From a virus (lineage: Duplodnaviria; Caudoviricetes), in the IMG/VR virus record IMGVR_UViG_3300036660_000031, positions 1-64,000 of that record: a DNA stretch of 64,000 nucleotides; one strand, written 5' to 3'. Positions 56,145 to 64,000 of the stretch are shown piece by piece. The notes beneath the pieces are model-generated. The model ran no database searches, was not told the DNA's origin, and saw only the letters and a program-made list of their open reading frames with translations. Positions within the stretch are counted from its first letter, which is position 1. Each line of letters begins with the position of its first letter. The position numbers and the translations under genes are program-made.

Positions 56145-58799
56145 TTAAGTAGGGGTCTTTGACCGCACAAAACCTTCTACACCATCACGCAAGGCAGGAG
56201 TCAGATCGCTCAAGGTATGCACCGAGTAATAAATATCGGAACCAGAGAAACCATTGCCCGGAGTACCTGCAAAGAATCCACCATTCAAAGCAAAGTCAAT
56301 ATTGGTTGAACTGCAAGCAGCACAAGCAGCACTAACGATTATTCCACCATTCACTTGCAAGAATATTTCAGTGCTTGTCTGCCAAGCTTTAACCAAAACA
56401 TTAATGTTAGGTGGATTAGCGTTCAATGGGGCCAAGACTTGAGAAGCAATCTGCACATTGGTAGCACCAGTACCAACACGGAAAGTTATTCTGCCTAAGT
56501 ATGATTCATACTGGATAGAACGACCGTCATTGATAGTGACTTGATCTGACCAAATGAATGGGTAATCAACCAAAACTTTTGCACCTAAGCAGATGAAGAA
56601 GTTAGTTGACGCCGCACCACCCCGGTCACCACTACCACCGCCACCACCGTTTGATGTGAATTCAGCATAAGTGTTAAGTGCTTTAAATGCACCAAGATCA
56701 CGGTAGTAAGCTTCAGCGCCCGAAGCAATATAAACATTGTTTGCATTGCTAGAGCGATCAAGCCAAGTCCACACTGGATCATTTGCATTAATAACAGTAC
56801 TTGGACCATTCTTTTGCAGGTAGTTCAACTGAGGATCAAACCATGCACCATTTTGTCCACCGTTGTAGGCAAACGCATTGGTAATAGCAACTTCACCAGT
56901 ATTAACCGCAGGAGGGGGAACAACTACAGTACCACCGCCAGAGAACCGGTTAATCATTGAAGTCAGGTAAGCAGGGAAAGAAGATGCAACCTTATCGTGC
57001 ATAGACCAAGTAAAGAATCCACGGGTGTTTGGTTGAGCAGCTATCAATTTGTCTACTTCACGTTCAGCTTCAGCTAAAGTCAAGCAGTCATCAAAGATGC
57101 CACGAGCATTACCATGAGACAAACCCAGAACAACTTTTGTTGGTCCCAATTCATTGATCCAGTCCACCATTTTTCGATACACATAGTCCACGCCTTTGAC
57201 GTAAGCAGTGTCATAAAACTGTGGAGCCACATAGCTAAGTAAACCAGCAGCATTTAGTGCTTTAGCAACAACAAGGTCATATGGGCTATATGCATTAACG
57301 CCAATTGCATCAGGAGAAGGTGGCATTGTGACCGAGAAATTCGGACCATAAAAATCACGCAACGTCTGACTGATATAAACCATCTCACTAGTGTTAGTGG
57401 TAACAGCAGCAGGAGTGTCTTTAGAAATTTGACGCAGATAAGCTTCAAAAGTATTCCAGTCAATACCGTCAATCTTTCCACCCAACTGAGTCACCATGTT
57501 TTTAAACGAAGTGATGAAGTTGTTTGAACGAGCACGAGTGTCAAAGTTGAAACCGTTCCAAGCACCGCCAACAGTCAAAATCACACGAACTCCACGGGCG
57601 CGAAGTGCAGCAATTTTATCGTTGGAGATAGGTGGCTCACCAGCATTAGGCATTTGGAAAGTACCGTCGCCCAAGTTATCCCGTTGGTTCGGAATAGAAG
57701 GAGTACCAGCAGGCTGCATGTTAAACAAATAAACCGTGTTTACTTGAGAAGGAATGTCATTAAGCGTGAATGTGAATGGGTACTCATAAACTTCATGGTA
57801 CATAGCTATAACGTCAGCAGGTACAGCAATCAAACCATTTGCATCAACTACTACGACATTGGCACTAGTACGGCTACTAACAGTAGCACCAGCGGTACTT
57901 TCAGCACCTGCACTATTTACAGCTTTAACAACCCACGTATATGCTGTATCTGCAACAAGACCGTTAGCCACAAAGCTATTTGTAGTAATTGGGGTGCTAT
58001 TAGCTTTTGTAGCATTACGATATACGTTATAGCTAACCGCATTAGTAGAAGGACTCCAATCAAGACGTGTGCTACTTGCAGTGATATTACTCAACGTAAG
58101 GTTAGTAGGTGCCAACACAGCAGCAGTAGGAGCTACAACAGCGCCTGTAGGAATGCCTTTGCGATACATGCGGCCTTTCATGATAAGCCCATCAGAAATG
58201 AATTCATAAATATCCTCTGTTTCATCAGTAATAGAAGGTTCAGGAACAGTATTGCCTTCCCACCTGTAAGCTGAACTGAAGCCCAATGTAAATTGGCCTG
58301 CACCAGCACCACGGCGTACAGCAAGATAATAAATACCGCGTTCAAGGTTTGACGGATTCGCCATAACAGTTGAACCAGTAAGATTCAACAGTGAGTAAGA
58401 GCGAAGGTACAACGGCCAAACAACGTTAGGTGACCAAGTAAGAACTTGTTCAGTAAGAGGTATTACAGCAGCAGTACCGGCTGGACCAGCAGGACCAACT
58501 GTACCGGGAGCACCATTAGTTCCGTTAACACCAATCACACCATCAGTACCGGGTGGACCAGATGGACCGGGAAGTCCATTGGTTCCATTAGCACCGGGTA
58601 AACCATTAGAACCGTTAGTACCATTAGCACCCGGATTACCGGGATCACCTTTTGGTCCCTGTATACCTTGAGGACCAGCGGCACCAGCAGCAGATGCGGC
58701 AGCTAAAGCTGCATTTTTTGCAGCAACAGCAGAAGCAGTTAGGTCTGTAATGCTTTGTATAAGTCCAGCAATTTGAGCATTAGTAGCGGAAGTAGCCAT
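56145..58799 (-). CDS. Tail appendage: collagen-like + FN3 + GH18-like hydrolase + ConA/LamG-like domain
   Basis: G-X-Y run; APTNL...LDW...SYNVYRN...YTWVVKAVN FN3; VILTVGG, IDGIDWNTFE, PQFYD TIM-barrel motifs; AGGA SD before ATG 58799. Confidence 0.8.
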   Translation of the reverse strand: MATSATNAQIAGLIQSITDLTASAVAAKNAALAAASAAGAAGPQGIQGPKGDPGNPGANGTNGSNGLPGANGTNGLPGPSGPPGTDGVIGVNGTNGAPGTVGPAGPAGTAAVIPLTEQVLTWSPNVVWPLYLRSYSLLNLTGSTVMANPSNLERGIYYLAVRRGAGAGQFTLGFSSAYRWEGNTVPEPSITDETEDIYEFISDGLIMKGRMYRKGIPTGAVVAPTAAVLAPTNLTLSNITASSTRLDWSPSTNAVSYNVYRNATKANSTPITTNSFVANGLVADTAYTWVVKAVNSAGAESTAGATVSSRTSANVVVVDANGLIAVPADVIAMYHEVYEYPFTFTLNDIPSQVNTVYLFNMQPAGTPSIPNQRDNLGDGTFQMPNAGEPPISNDKIAALRARGVRVILTVGGAWNGFNFDTRARSNNFITSFKNMVTQLGGKIDGIDWNTFEAYLRQISKDTPAAVTTNTSEMVYISQTLRDFYGPNFSVTMPPSPDAIGVNAYSPYDLVVAKALNAAGLLSYVAPQFYDTAYVKGVDYVYRKMVDWINELGPTKVVLGLSHGNARGIFDDCLTLAEAEREVDKLIAAQPNTRGFFTWSMHDKVASSFPAYLTSMINRFSGGGTVVVPPPAVNTGEVAITNAFAYNGGQNGAWFDPQLNYLQKNGPSTVINANDPVWTWLDRSSNANNVYIASGAEAYYRDLGAFKALNTYAEFTSNGGGGGSGDRGGAASTNFFICLGAKVLVDYPFIWSDQVTINDGRSIQYESYLGRITFRVGTGATNVQIASQVLAPLNANPPNINVLVKAWQTSTEIFLQVNGGIIVSAACAACSSTNIDFALNGGFFAGTPGNGFSGSDIYYSVHTLSDLTPALRDGVEGFVRSKTPT
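58476..58685 (-). repeat. Collagen-like Gly-X-Y repeat (about 23 triplets)
   Basis: GAAGPQGIQGPKGDPGNPGANGTNGSNGLPG...GPAGPAG. Confidence 0.9.
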
Positions 58800-58809
58800 G
58801 AATGTATTC

Positions 58810-59409
58810 CTATACGTTGTTAATAACAATTGTTTGAGTCTGAGCAATAGAGGTGGCAATTTCAATGAAATGTCCTTCAAAAGTCCCTTCAATACCGATT
58901 TGAGCTAACAAGGCTGCGTCAACACTATTCTTTACAACCAGTGCTGCATCAGTTAATGCTTGAGCTTGTCCCATAGTAGTTGCTGTAGTAGCAGCAGAAA
59001 GTTGGGCAGCACTAGCAGAAACCTGAGCAGCGTCTGCTTCTAGTCCAGCAAGACGCAGTTGTTCAGTCACAAGAGCAGGCACACCAGTAAGAGAGTTTAC
59101 TAGATTTGAGACGTTAGCTTCCAGCAGTATTAGTGAAGGGACATTTGCGTTTAAAGATTGTAAAACTGTCAGGTTTAATGCTAGTGCAGTTAGTTCCGCT
59201 TTTATAGCATCTAAACGAATAATCTCAGGCAACGTCATGGAGACAGAAACAAGTTCTGCCATACGATTCGAGAGATTCTGTACATGAACCATGCGATCCG
59301 CAACATAGCGAACAACACTGTAGCCGTTGCCAATTAAACGGTCTACATGAGGTTCATTGGTTCCATAAGCATCACCACCAGCGTTTTGAAAAACAGATTG
59401 GTATCCCAT
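58810..59409 (-). CDS. Appendage anchor/whisker protein (N4 gp66 N-terminus-like)
   Basis: VDRLIGNGY.VV.YVA N-terminal motif plus coiled coil; follows adaptor gene. Confidence 0.65.
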   Translation of the reverse strand: MGYQSVFQNAGGDAYGTNEPHVDRLIGNGYSVVRYVADRMVHVQNLSNRMAELVSVSMTLPEIIRLDAIKAELTALALNLTVLQSLNANVPSLILLEANVSNLVNSLTGVPALVTEQLRLAGLEADAAQVSASAAQLSAATTATTMGQAQALTDAALVVKNSVDAALLAQIGIEGTFEGHFIEIATSIAQTQTIVINNV

Positions 59410-59410
59410 T

Positions 59411-60118
59411 TTATATCCAGCCTCTTAGTTTAAAGCGTGTGTTATCTTCACTGATACTTTGATTGAGTACGTCTGTTTCTACAATTTCATTGCAGATAGT
59501 ATCAAAACGAACCATGTGACCTTGCCCAATTGCTTGAGCTTCAGCCGTATTCATATTTGAATAGACACTGCTTGCAATGAATGCAGTCAAAGCACCGTGA
59601 AGGGAATCAGGTAATTCAATGTATTTGTGCCCACCTTCTTTAAGTTCCAGTAAGGGGTGACTTGCTTGATAAGCCACTGATAACACTTCATTGAACTGAG
59701 GGTTGTTAACCTGAATCAGTCGGATGGATGGTGTATTTACAGACCAGATGTTATTGTTGACATTAAGGGGACGTTCTCTACCCCAGGAATTATGCACCGA
59801 TGTGACTTTAAGTACATCACCCATAAACCTATCGCTAGATAAGTCACGGATGTAGGCAAAATCAGCAACAGTAGGATCATAACCAGAAGCGGAGAATTCA
59901 GGTCGCAAATGGTAGAAAGTTAAACCCTCAACCAGTTCGATAATGCAGTCTTTTTCTTTGAGGGTGTACTTGGTGTACAAGCGTTTAAGTCCTTCATTAC
60001 AAAAGTAGACAACCTGTGGTTGTTTACTCTCATCAATAGTACCTACTTCCACTTGTGCCATGTGGTGATTCGATAACTCGCCATAAGCGAGCATCGAAAA
60101 GAGATCATTAAGAAGCAT
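59411..60118 (-). CDS. Head-tail adaptor (N4 gp67-like)
   Basis: L.YGELSN, NEGL.RLY.KY.LKE, YQA.HP, C-terminal RGWI. Confidence 0.85.
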   Translation of the reverse strand: MLLNDLFSMLAYGELSNHHMAQVEVGTIDESKQPQVVYFCNEGLKRLYTKYTLKEKDCIIELVEGLTFYHLRPEFSASGYDPTVADFAYIRDLSSDRFMGDVLKVTSVHNSWGRERPLNVNNNIWSVNTPSIRLIQVNNPQFNEVLSVAYQASHPLLELKEGGHKYIELPDSLHGALTAFIASSVYSNMNTAEAQAIGQGHMVRFDTICNEIVETDVLNQSISEDNTRFKLRGWI

Positions 60119-60129
60119 AAATTGAATCC

Positions 60130-61722
60130 TTAAACAATATAGGAGGCAAGCCCACTAAGACCTTCAGCCTCTTGTTGTTCTTCCCAGATACCATTCTCAT
60201 CAGGAGTAATGGGGGCAGATTCAGAAGGTTTCCAAGGGGTCATTGAAGCAAGTTGAGAGATTGTGTCAATACAGTCATCTTTACCCTTTATGCCGGACTT
60301 GGTGACTAGTCGTAATTGTCCCATGAAGATACCCATGATAACGCTACGTTTCATTTCTTCGGGGAAATACATCTTGCCAAGCTTAAATAAAGGCAGAACC
60401 AAACCAAACCTAGTGAGCTTATCCGACATAGAACGTAAGCCCGGATTGCCACTACGCTCATTCGATGCCAGATTAAAGAACGTATTCTTGGTCATCATCT
60501 CTGACTGAATCCACTTAATGAATGCTTGCTGTTGTCCAGAGACTTCAATACCAACAGACTGAGGTTTGTATTGTTGAACCAAACGAAACAGATCATTCAA
60601 GGATTTATCCATAGTCTGACGTTCGCATACACCGTCAACCCAGAACCAATCACCATTAGAATTGTAAGCCCAGACACTGATCACTGAGAAGTCAGCAGTT
60701 TGTTTAGCTGAAGTAGCGAAGTCAGTTGTGATATAAAAGTTGAAAGTACTTTTCTTAGCCAACAACTTGGCACGCTCATACCAGCGAATTTCGCCTTCTT
60801 GTACTAGACGTTCTTCTTCAGAAGAAATCCTAAGCATCAACTCTTGAAAGAATCCAGCTTCCTTGCCTGTCTTAACTGCCATGTCATATTGAGCAGCCAC
60901 ATAGTCAAAAGTAAACCGATCTTCCCAAGCACCTACAAACTCTTCTCGTGTGCAGGGGAATCGTTCACATACCGGCCAAACGTTAACGTCCCAAGCTCCA
61001 GATTCAACAGCCTCAATCAGAATGTCTTCCTTGCTAAAAGGAGTTCCGTTAAAGATTACCTTTCTTCGGGTTGGGTCCATTGCATGATTCACCCCCTTAT
61101 ATACAGTGTCCTTGATAGATTCCATAGCAACCTTTGACTTAGAGTCATCATCGCTAACCAGATCATCCAAGATGCATAGAGTAGGTCGCTTACCAAAAAT
61201 CTTAGTTCCCCGTAATCCTGTCTTGGCTCCAAACATCTTTACACCCAACATCATGCCATCTCTGTTCTGAAACTCCAGATAGTTATCAGTGAACTTGGCT
61301 GTAGGTATCCAGTACTGAAGGAACTCACTATTGTTGTAGCGGAACTCAATGTTCTTTCGTGCAGACTTAACACCGTTCTCCATTGAGTCTGATACATAGA
61401 TCATCCCGCTTACTCTACCGAAGTTAGGCAAGTAACCGAACTGAGCTACAAACAATGTTAAGTACTCCATGAACAGAGTAGTCTTTGCTGCACCACGGAA
61501 ACAAAGATTAGCAATGTAGTCACTGACTCCTTGTGCAACTTTGTCCAGCATAGCTAGATGTACTGGTGGAGTCTTGTGAGACTCTCCTTGCCCACCATTA
61601 ACTAACTTGATCCAGTTCATAAAGATCAAAGAGAACTCACTCGGCATATAAGTAGGACTATTTAAGATAGTGTAGTCAACACTATCTAGCCATTGATCAA
61701 TCTCTTGTTTAATTAACGTCAT
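60130..61722 (-). CDS. terL: Terminase large subunit (N4 gp68-like)
   Basis: CFRGAAKTT, GLRG, ILDDLVSD, NGTPF, TTDFATS, DDCIDTISQL. Confidence 0.95.
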   Translation of the reverse strand: MTLIKQEIDQWLDSVDYTILNSPTYMPSEFSLIFMNWIKLVNGGQGESHKTPPVHLAMLDKVAQGVSDYIANLCFRGAAKTTLFMEYLTLFVAQFGYLPNFGRVSGMIYVSDSMENGVKSARKNIEFRYNNSEFLQYWIPTAKFTDNYLEFQNRDGMMLGVKMFGAKTGLRGTKIFGKRPTLCILDDLVSDDDSKSKVAMESIKDTVYKGVNHAMDPTRRKVIFNGTPFSKEDILIEAVESGAWDVNVWPVCERFPCTREEFVGAWEDRFTFDYVAAQYDMAVKTGKEAGFFQELMLRISSEEERLVQEGEIRWYERAKLLAKKSTFNFYITTDFATSAKQTADFSVISVWAYNSNGDWFWVDGVCERQTMDKSLNDLFRLVQQYKPQSVGIEVSGQQQAFIKWIQSEMMTKNTFFNLASNERSGNPGLRSMSDKLTRFGLVLPLFKLGKMYFPEEMKRSVIMGIFMGQLRLVTKSGIKGKDDCIDTISQLASMTPWKPSESAPITPDENGIWEEQQEAEGLSGLASYIV

Positions 61723-62458
61723 TCTTTACTTCCACATCAATGATGATTTGTGAAGCAATCTCTTTAGCAGTTGATCCTTCACGAATCATTTCTTGCTGTT
61801 GCTGTGCCATACGCACCAAGAGTTCACGCATTTCTTTAACACCTGAAGTGTCACGCATGTCTACATTGATAAGTGGGCCTGCTTCCTTTGGCTTTGCCAA
61901 GTGAGTCATCAGACTATTAGCTGCATCACTACGAACCTTGGGGCTAACCATATGATCACGCATGATAGTAGCTTGAGTATTGATAGCTTCTTGGAATATG
62001 TCTTGGTTCAGAACCCATGATGGAACCAGAGTCTGTTCCATGATCTTGTTGACTAACTTGTTCTTGCTATAGGCATGAACATAAGCACTGACATCTTTCA
62101 TCGGTGTACCTTGAGCCATGAGCTTCTGGTATCGCTGAGGGAAAGTTTTAATGTAGGCGTCTTGGTTGCTGCACTTCATTAGTTTGTAGCTGACGTACTT
62201 CACAGCATTCAAATAGTCTTCTGTCTTGTACTTACCTTCAGACAACACGCCTGTATAGCCCAAGAAGTTTTCCCTAATCAGTTCAGCTTCCTCTTGATTA
62301 GTACTGACAGAGTTAAGTTGATCAGCCAGTGTTTGTGTTGCGCTACTTCTTAAATTAGATGGAAGTGTCTTTGATAAGAGTTCTACAGTGAACATGACTT
62401 GATTCCTTAGATATTTGTTTGCGTACCGGACCGGCGAATTCTCACGCCAAGAATCCAT
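61709..62458 (-). CDS. Terminase small subunit-like (N4 gp69-like)
   Basis: DYLNAVKYVSYKLM, AY.KTFP.RY, KVRSDAANSLMTHL.KP. Confidence 0.8.
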   Translation of the reverse strand: MDSWRENSPVRYANKYLRNQVMFTVELLSKTLPSNLRSSATQTLADQLNSVSTNQEEAELIRENFLGYTGVLSEGKYKTEDYLNAVKYVSYKLMKCSNQDAYIKTFPQRYQKLMAQGTPMKDVSAYVHAYSKNKLVNKIMEQTLVPSWVLNQDIFQEAINTQATIMRDHMVSPKVRSDAANSLMTHLAKPKEAGPLINVDMRDTSGVKEMRELLVRMAQQQQEMIREGSTAKEIASQIIIDVEVKNDVN

Positions 62459-62658
62459 GAGTAGCTTTCCATGTGGTAAAGCTGTTCCCGTAACGATGCT
62501 TGCTCGATTGGTTCCAGAGTCTCTACAAGTTTAGAACCAAGGAATAAACGCAGGGCTGTAGTCTTCTTATCAAGTTCTCCACGTTCATCAATCACGCGGT
62601 GTACCCAAGATTGTTTGTTTTGGTTTGTGTCTGGTGAGGTTGACATGGGTTTACTCAT
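62407..62658 (-). CDS. Hypothetical protein, crAss001_48-like family
   Basis: RVIDE..ELD.K...L..F.......L...EQ..L.EQL..M..Y..IL..RI pattern. Confidence 0.55.
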   Translation of the reverse strand: MSKPMSTSPDTNQNKQSWVHRVIDERGELDKKTTALRLFLGSKLVETLEPIEQASLREQLYHMESYSWILGVRIRRSGTQTNI

Positions 62659-62968
62659 GGTGGGTGAATTAGGCTTATACTTTAACCTACCTTTCACTCC
62701 CCTGTTCAAATCTCCCTTAGCACTAAGAGAAAGAGATGGGGATTCCTATGTCTGCTGGTGTTATACACCATCAAACTAAAAAGGGATTCCCATAACACCC
62801 ATCCTTGATATAGAATTCAATTCGGCTGGGTGAACCCGTAAGCAGTAAGTGGGGTTGGCATGAAAACCACTGCAATCAGAGACTGCGATCTCCTCACATT
62901 CCTAACAATGTGCTAGTAGTTGATCTGATAGTTTAGACAAGTAATCTTCAACACTTGTCACTGTGTAG

Positions 62969-63009
62969 AGGGGAGAGTAGCTTAATTGCTTCTCTCCCCT
63001 TTTCTTTTT
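62969..63009 (+). terminator. Intrinsic terminator-like hairpin
   Basis: AGGGGAGAG...CTCTCCCCT followed by TTTCTTTTT. Confidence 0.7.
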
Positions 63010-63039
63010 AACCAACAGGATTAGGATTAGGATTCCACC

Positions 63040-63483
63040 ATGCCCAGACTAAACGACTTCTACCAAGAAGAGTACAACACAAAGTTTGAACGTGAACACA
63101 AGCAAAACAAACGAAGCATCGCAGTCTTCAACACTGAAGGCGAAGCACTAGGCATAGTCACTCTTTGCTTTGACACCATTGAAAGAATGTTCGCATACAG
63201 GAACATTACACTCATACTAGAAGGCCATGCCTTTGCAACTATAGCTCTGTACTGTAGTCACCTTGTATATACATACGAAGGTAGACCGAACCAGAACTAC
63301 CCACAGTTACTGATGAACTGTACTGGTGGTTCTCCACAAGCTATGGAGTCTATAAACTTTCTTGCTCTATCTAATATATTGAACCAACACATACACATGG
63401 GACTTAAAGAGTTCCATATGCGTATAGACACTCCACAACGCTATGAGTACAGAGAGAAGGACAAGTACAGACTTACTCTGTGA
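63040..63483 (+). CDS. Hypothetical protein
   Basis: 147 aa, AGGA SD upstream. Confidence 0.6.
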   Translation: MPRLNDFYQEEYNTKFEREHKQNKRSIAVFNTEGEALGIVTLCFDTIERMFAYRNITLILEGHAFATIALYCSHLVYTYEGRPNQNYPQLLMNCTGGSPQAMESINFLALSNILNQHIHMGLKEFHMRIDTPQRYEYREKDKYRLTL

Positions 63484-63491
63484 TAGACAGG

Positions 63492-63532
63492 AAAAGTTCT
63501 AGAAAATATCTCGCAGATTTTTTGGAACTTTT
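63492..63532 (+). promoter_or_regulatory. Candidate vRNAP hairpin promoter
   Basis: ATCT-CGC-AGAT-TTTTT-GGA has N4 early-promoter spacing (triloop at -12..-10, T run, GGA start), inside a longer inverted repeat. Confidence 0.35.
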
Positions 63533-63700
63533 TAATTTAGTCATTGCTGTGTACAGCTTTATAGTATCGGGGCTTACACGCCCCTACACATACACATACC
63601 CCCCGGTATACACACACTCCATACACGTAGGTACACCCCATGTCATTGCGCCTGTCGGCGCTCATGGCACTATCGCCTCGTATTAACTGGAGTTACCCTC

Positions 63701-64000
63701 ATGTCCACATCACGCTTCACCCTTGGTTCCATACTTACTACAGTATCAACCACTGCTAACACCCTCACGTCTACCATCAGTAGCGTAGGTAAGGGTGCAG
63801 AGATGCTCAATGCTTTCGTAGAAAAGCAAGCTAAAGAGCAAGCATATCGCTATGACTTAGAACATAAAGTCTTTCAAGAGACTACTAAGGTAGAACTAGC
63901 AGATCAATTAGCTACATCAGCTAAAACAATTGATGCTAAGAAACACAAAGATCCTGCTTATGCAGCTTCCTTTGATCACTTCTATTCCCTTCTTGATACA
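63701..64000 (+). CDS. First early gene product (N4 gp1-like), 3' end outside window
   Basis: GGAG SD; MSTSRFTLGSILTTVSTTANTLTSTISSVGKGAEMLNAFVEKQ... open to window end. Confidence 0.65.
   Translation, partial: MSTSRFTLGSILTTVSTTANTLTSTISSVGKGAEMLNAFVEKQAKEQAYRYDLEHKVFQETTKVELADQLATSAKTIDAKKHKDPAYAASFDHFYSLLDT

Noticed and set aside
58810-58892. Programmed frameshift fusing the gp66-like ORF to the appendage ORF
   Set aside because: Frames overlap, but no slippery heptamer is seen and the downstream gene has its own AGGA SD and ATG at 58799.
62821-62900. tRNA-Met-like element (GGTT-GGCATGA-AAACC)
   Set aside because: No T-loop consensus, acceptor stem or CCA.
63480-63686. 68-aa ORF at the probable genome end
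   Set aside because: Spans an inverted repeat and a low-complexity tract; more likely regulatory DNA.
1-64000. CRISPR array, diversity-generating retroelement, integrase, transposase
   Set aside because: No spaced direct repeats, reverse transcriptase or recombinase motifs seen; all tandem repeats are in-frame coding repeats.

Overview
The window is most of an N4-like (Schitoviridae) podophage genome from a Gram-negative host (spanins, muramidase), circularly permuted. 1-2813 (minus): tail-fibre-like module running off the left edge. 2912-29316 (plus): middle genes, including RtcB, two HNH proteins, MoxR-like AAA plus metallopeptidase/VWA pair, ThyX, rIIA/rIIB, dUTPase, helicase, family A DNA polymerase, class II RNR, exonuclease, primase, Sak4-like protein, SSB and RuvC-like resolvase. 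About 29400-29770: tRNA-like elements and hairpins. 29776-62658 (minus): 3669-aa virion RNA polymerase, ejection/tail proteins, capsid, portal, lysis cassette, tail appendage, terminase. After about 63000: probable genome-end region and first early gene. The N4 RNAP1/RNAP2 genes are not in the window. Highlights: the DNA polymerase is split between motifs A and B into two genes, separated by a terminator-bracketed class II RNR and a Zn-ribbon ORF; a tRNA-His-like RNA has a non-canonical anticodon loop in a genome that also encodes RtcB; an HNH protein carries a signal peptide; a collagen-FN3-GH18-lectin tail appendage shares a paralogous beta-sandwich domain with the distant inverted tail gene. 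All assignments come from reading motifs by eye; no database searches were run.
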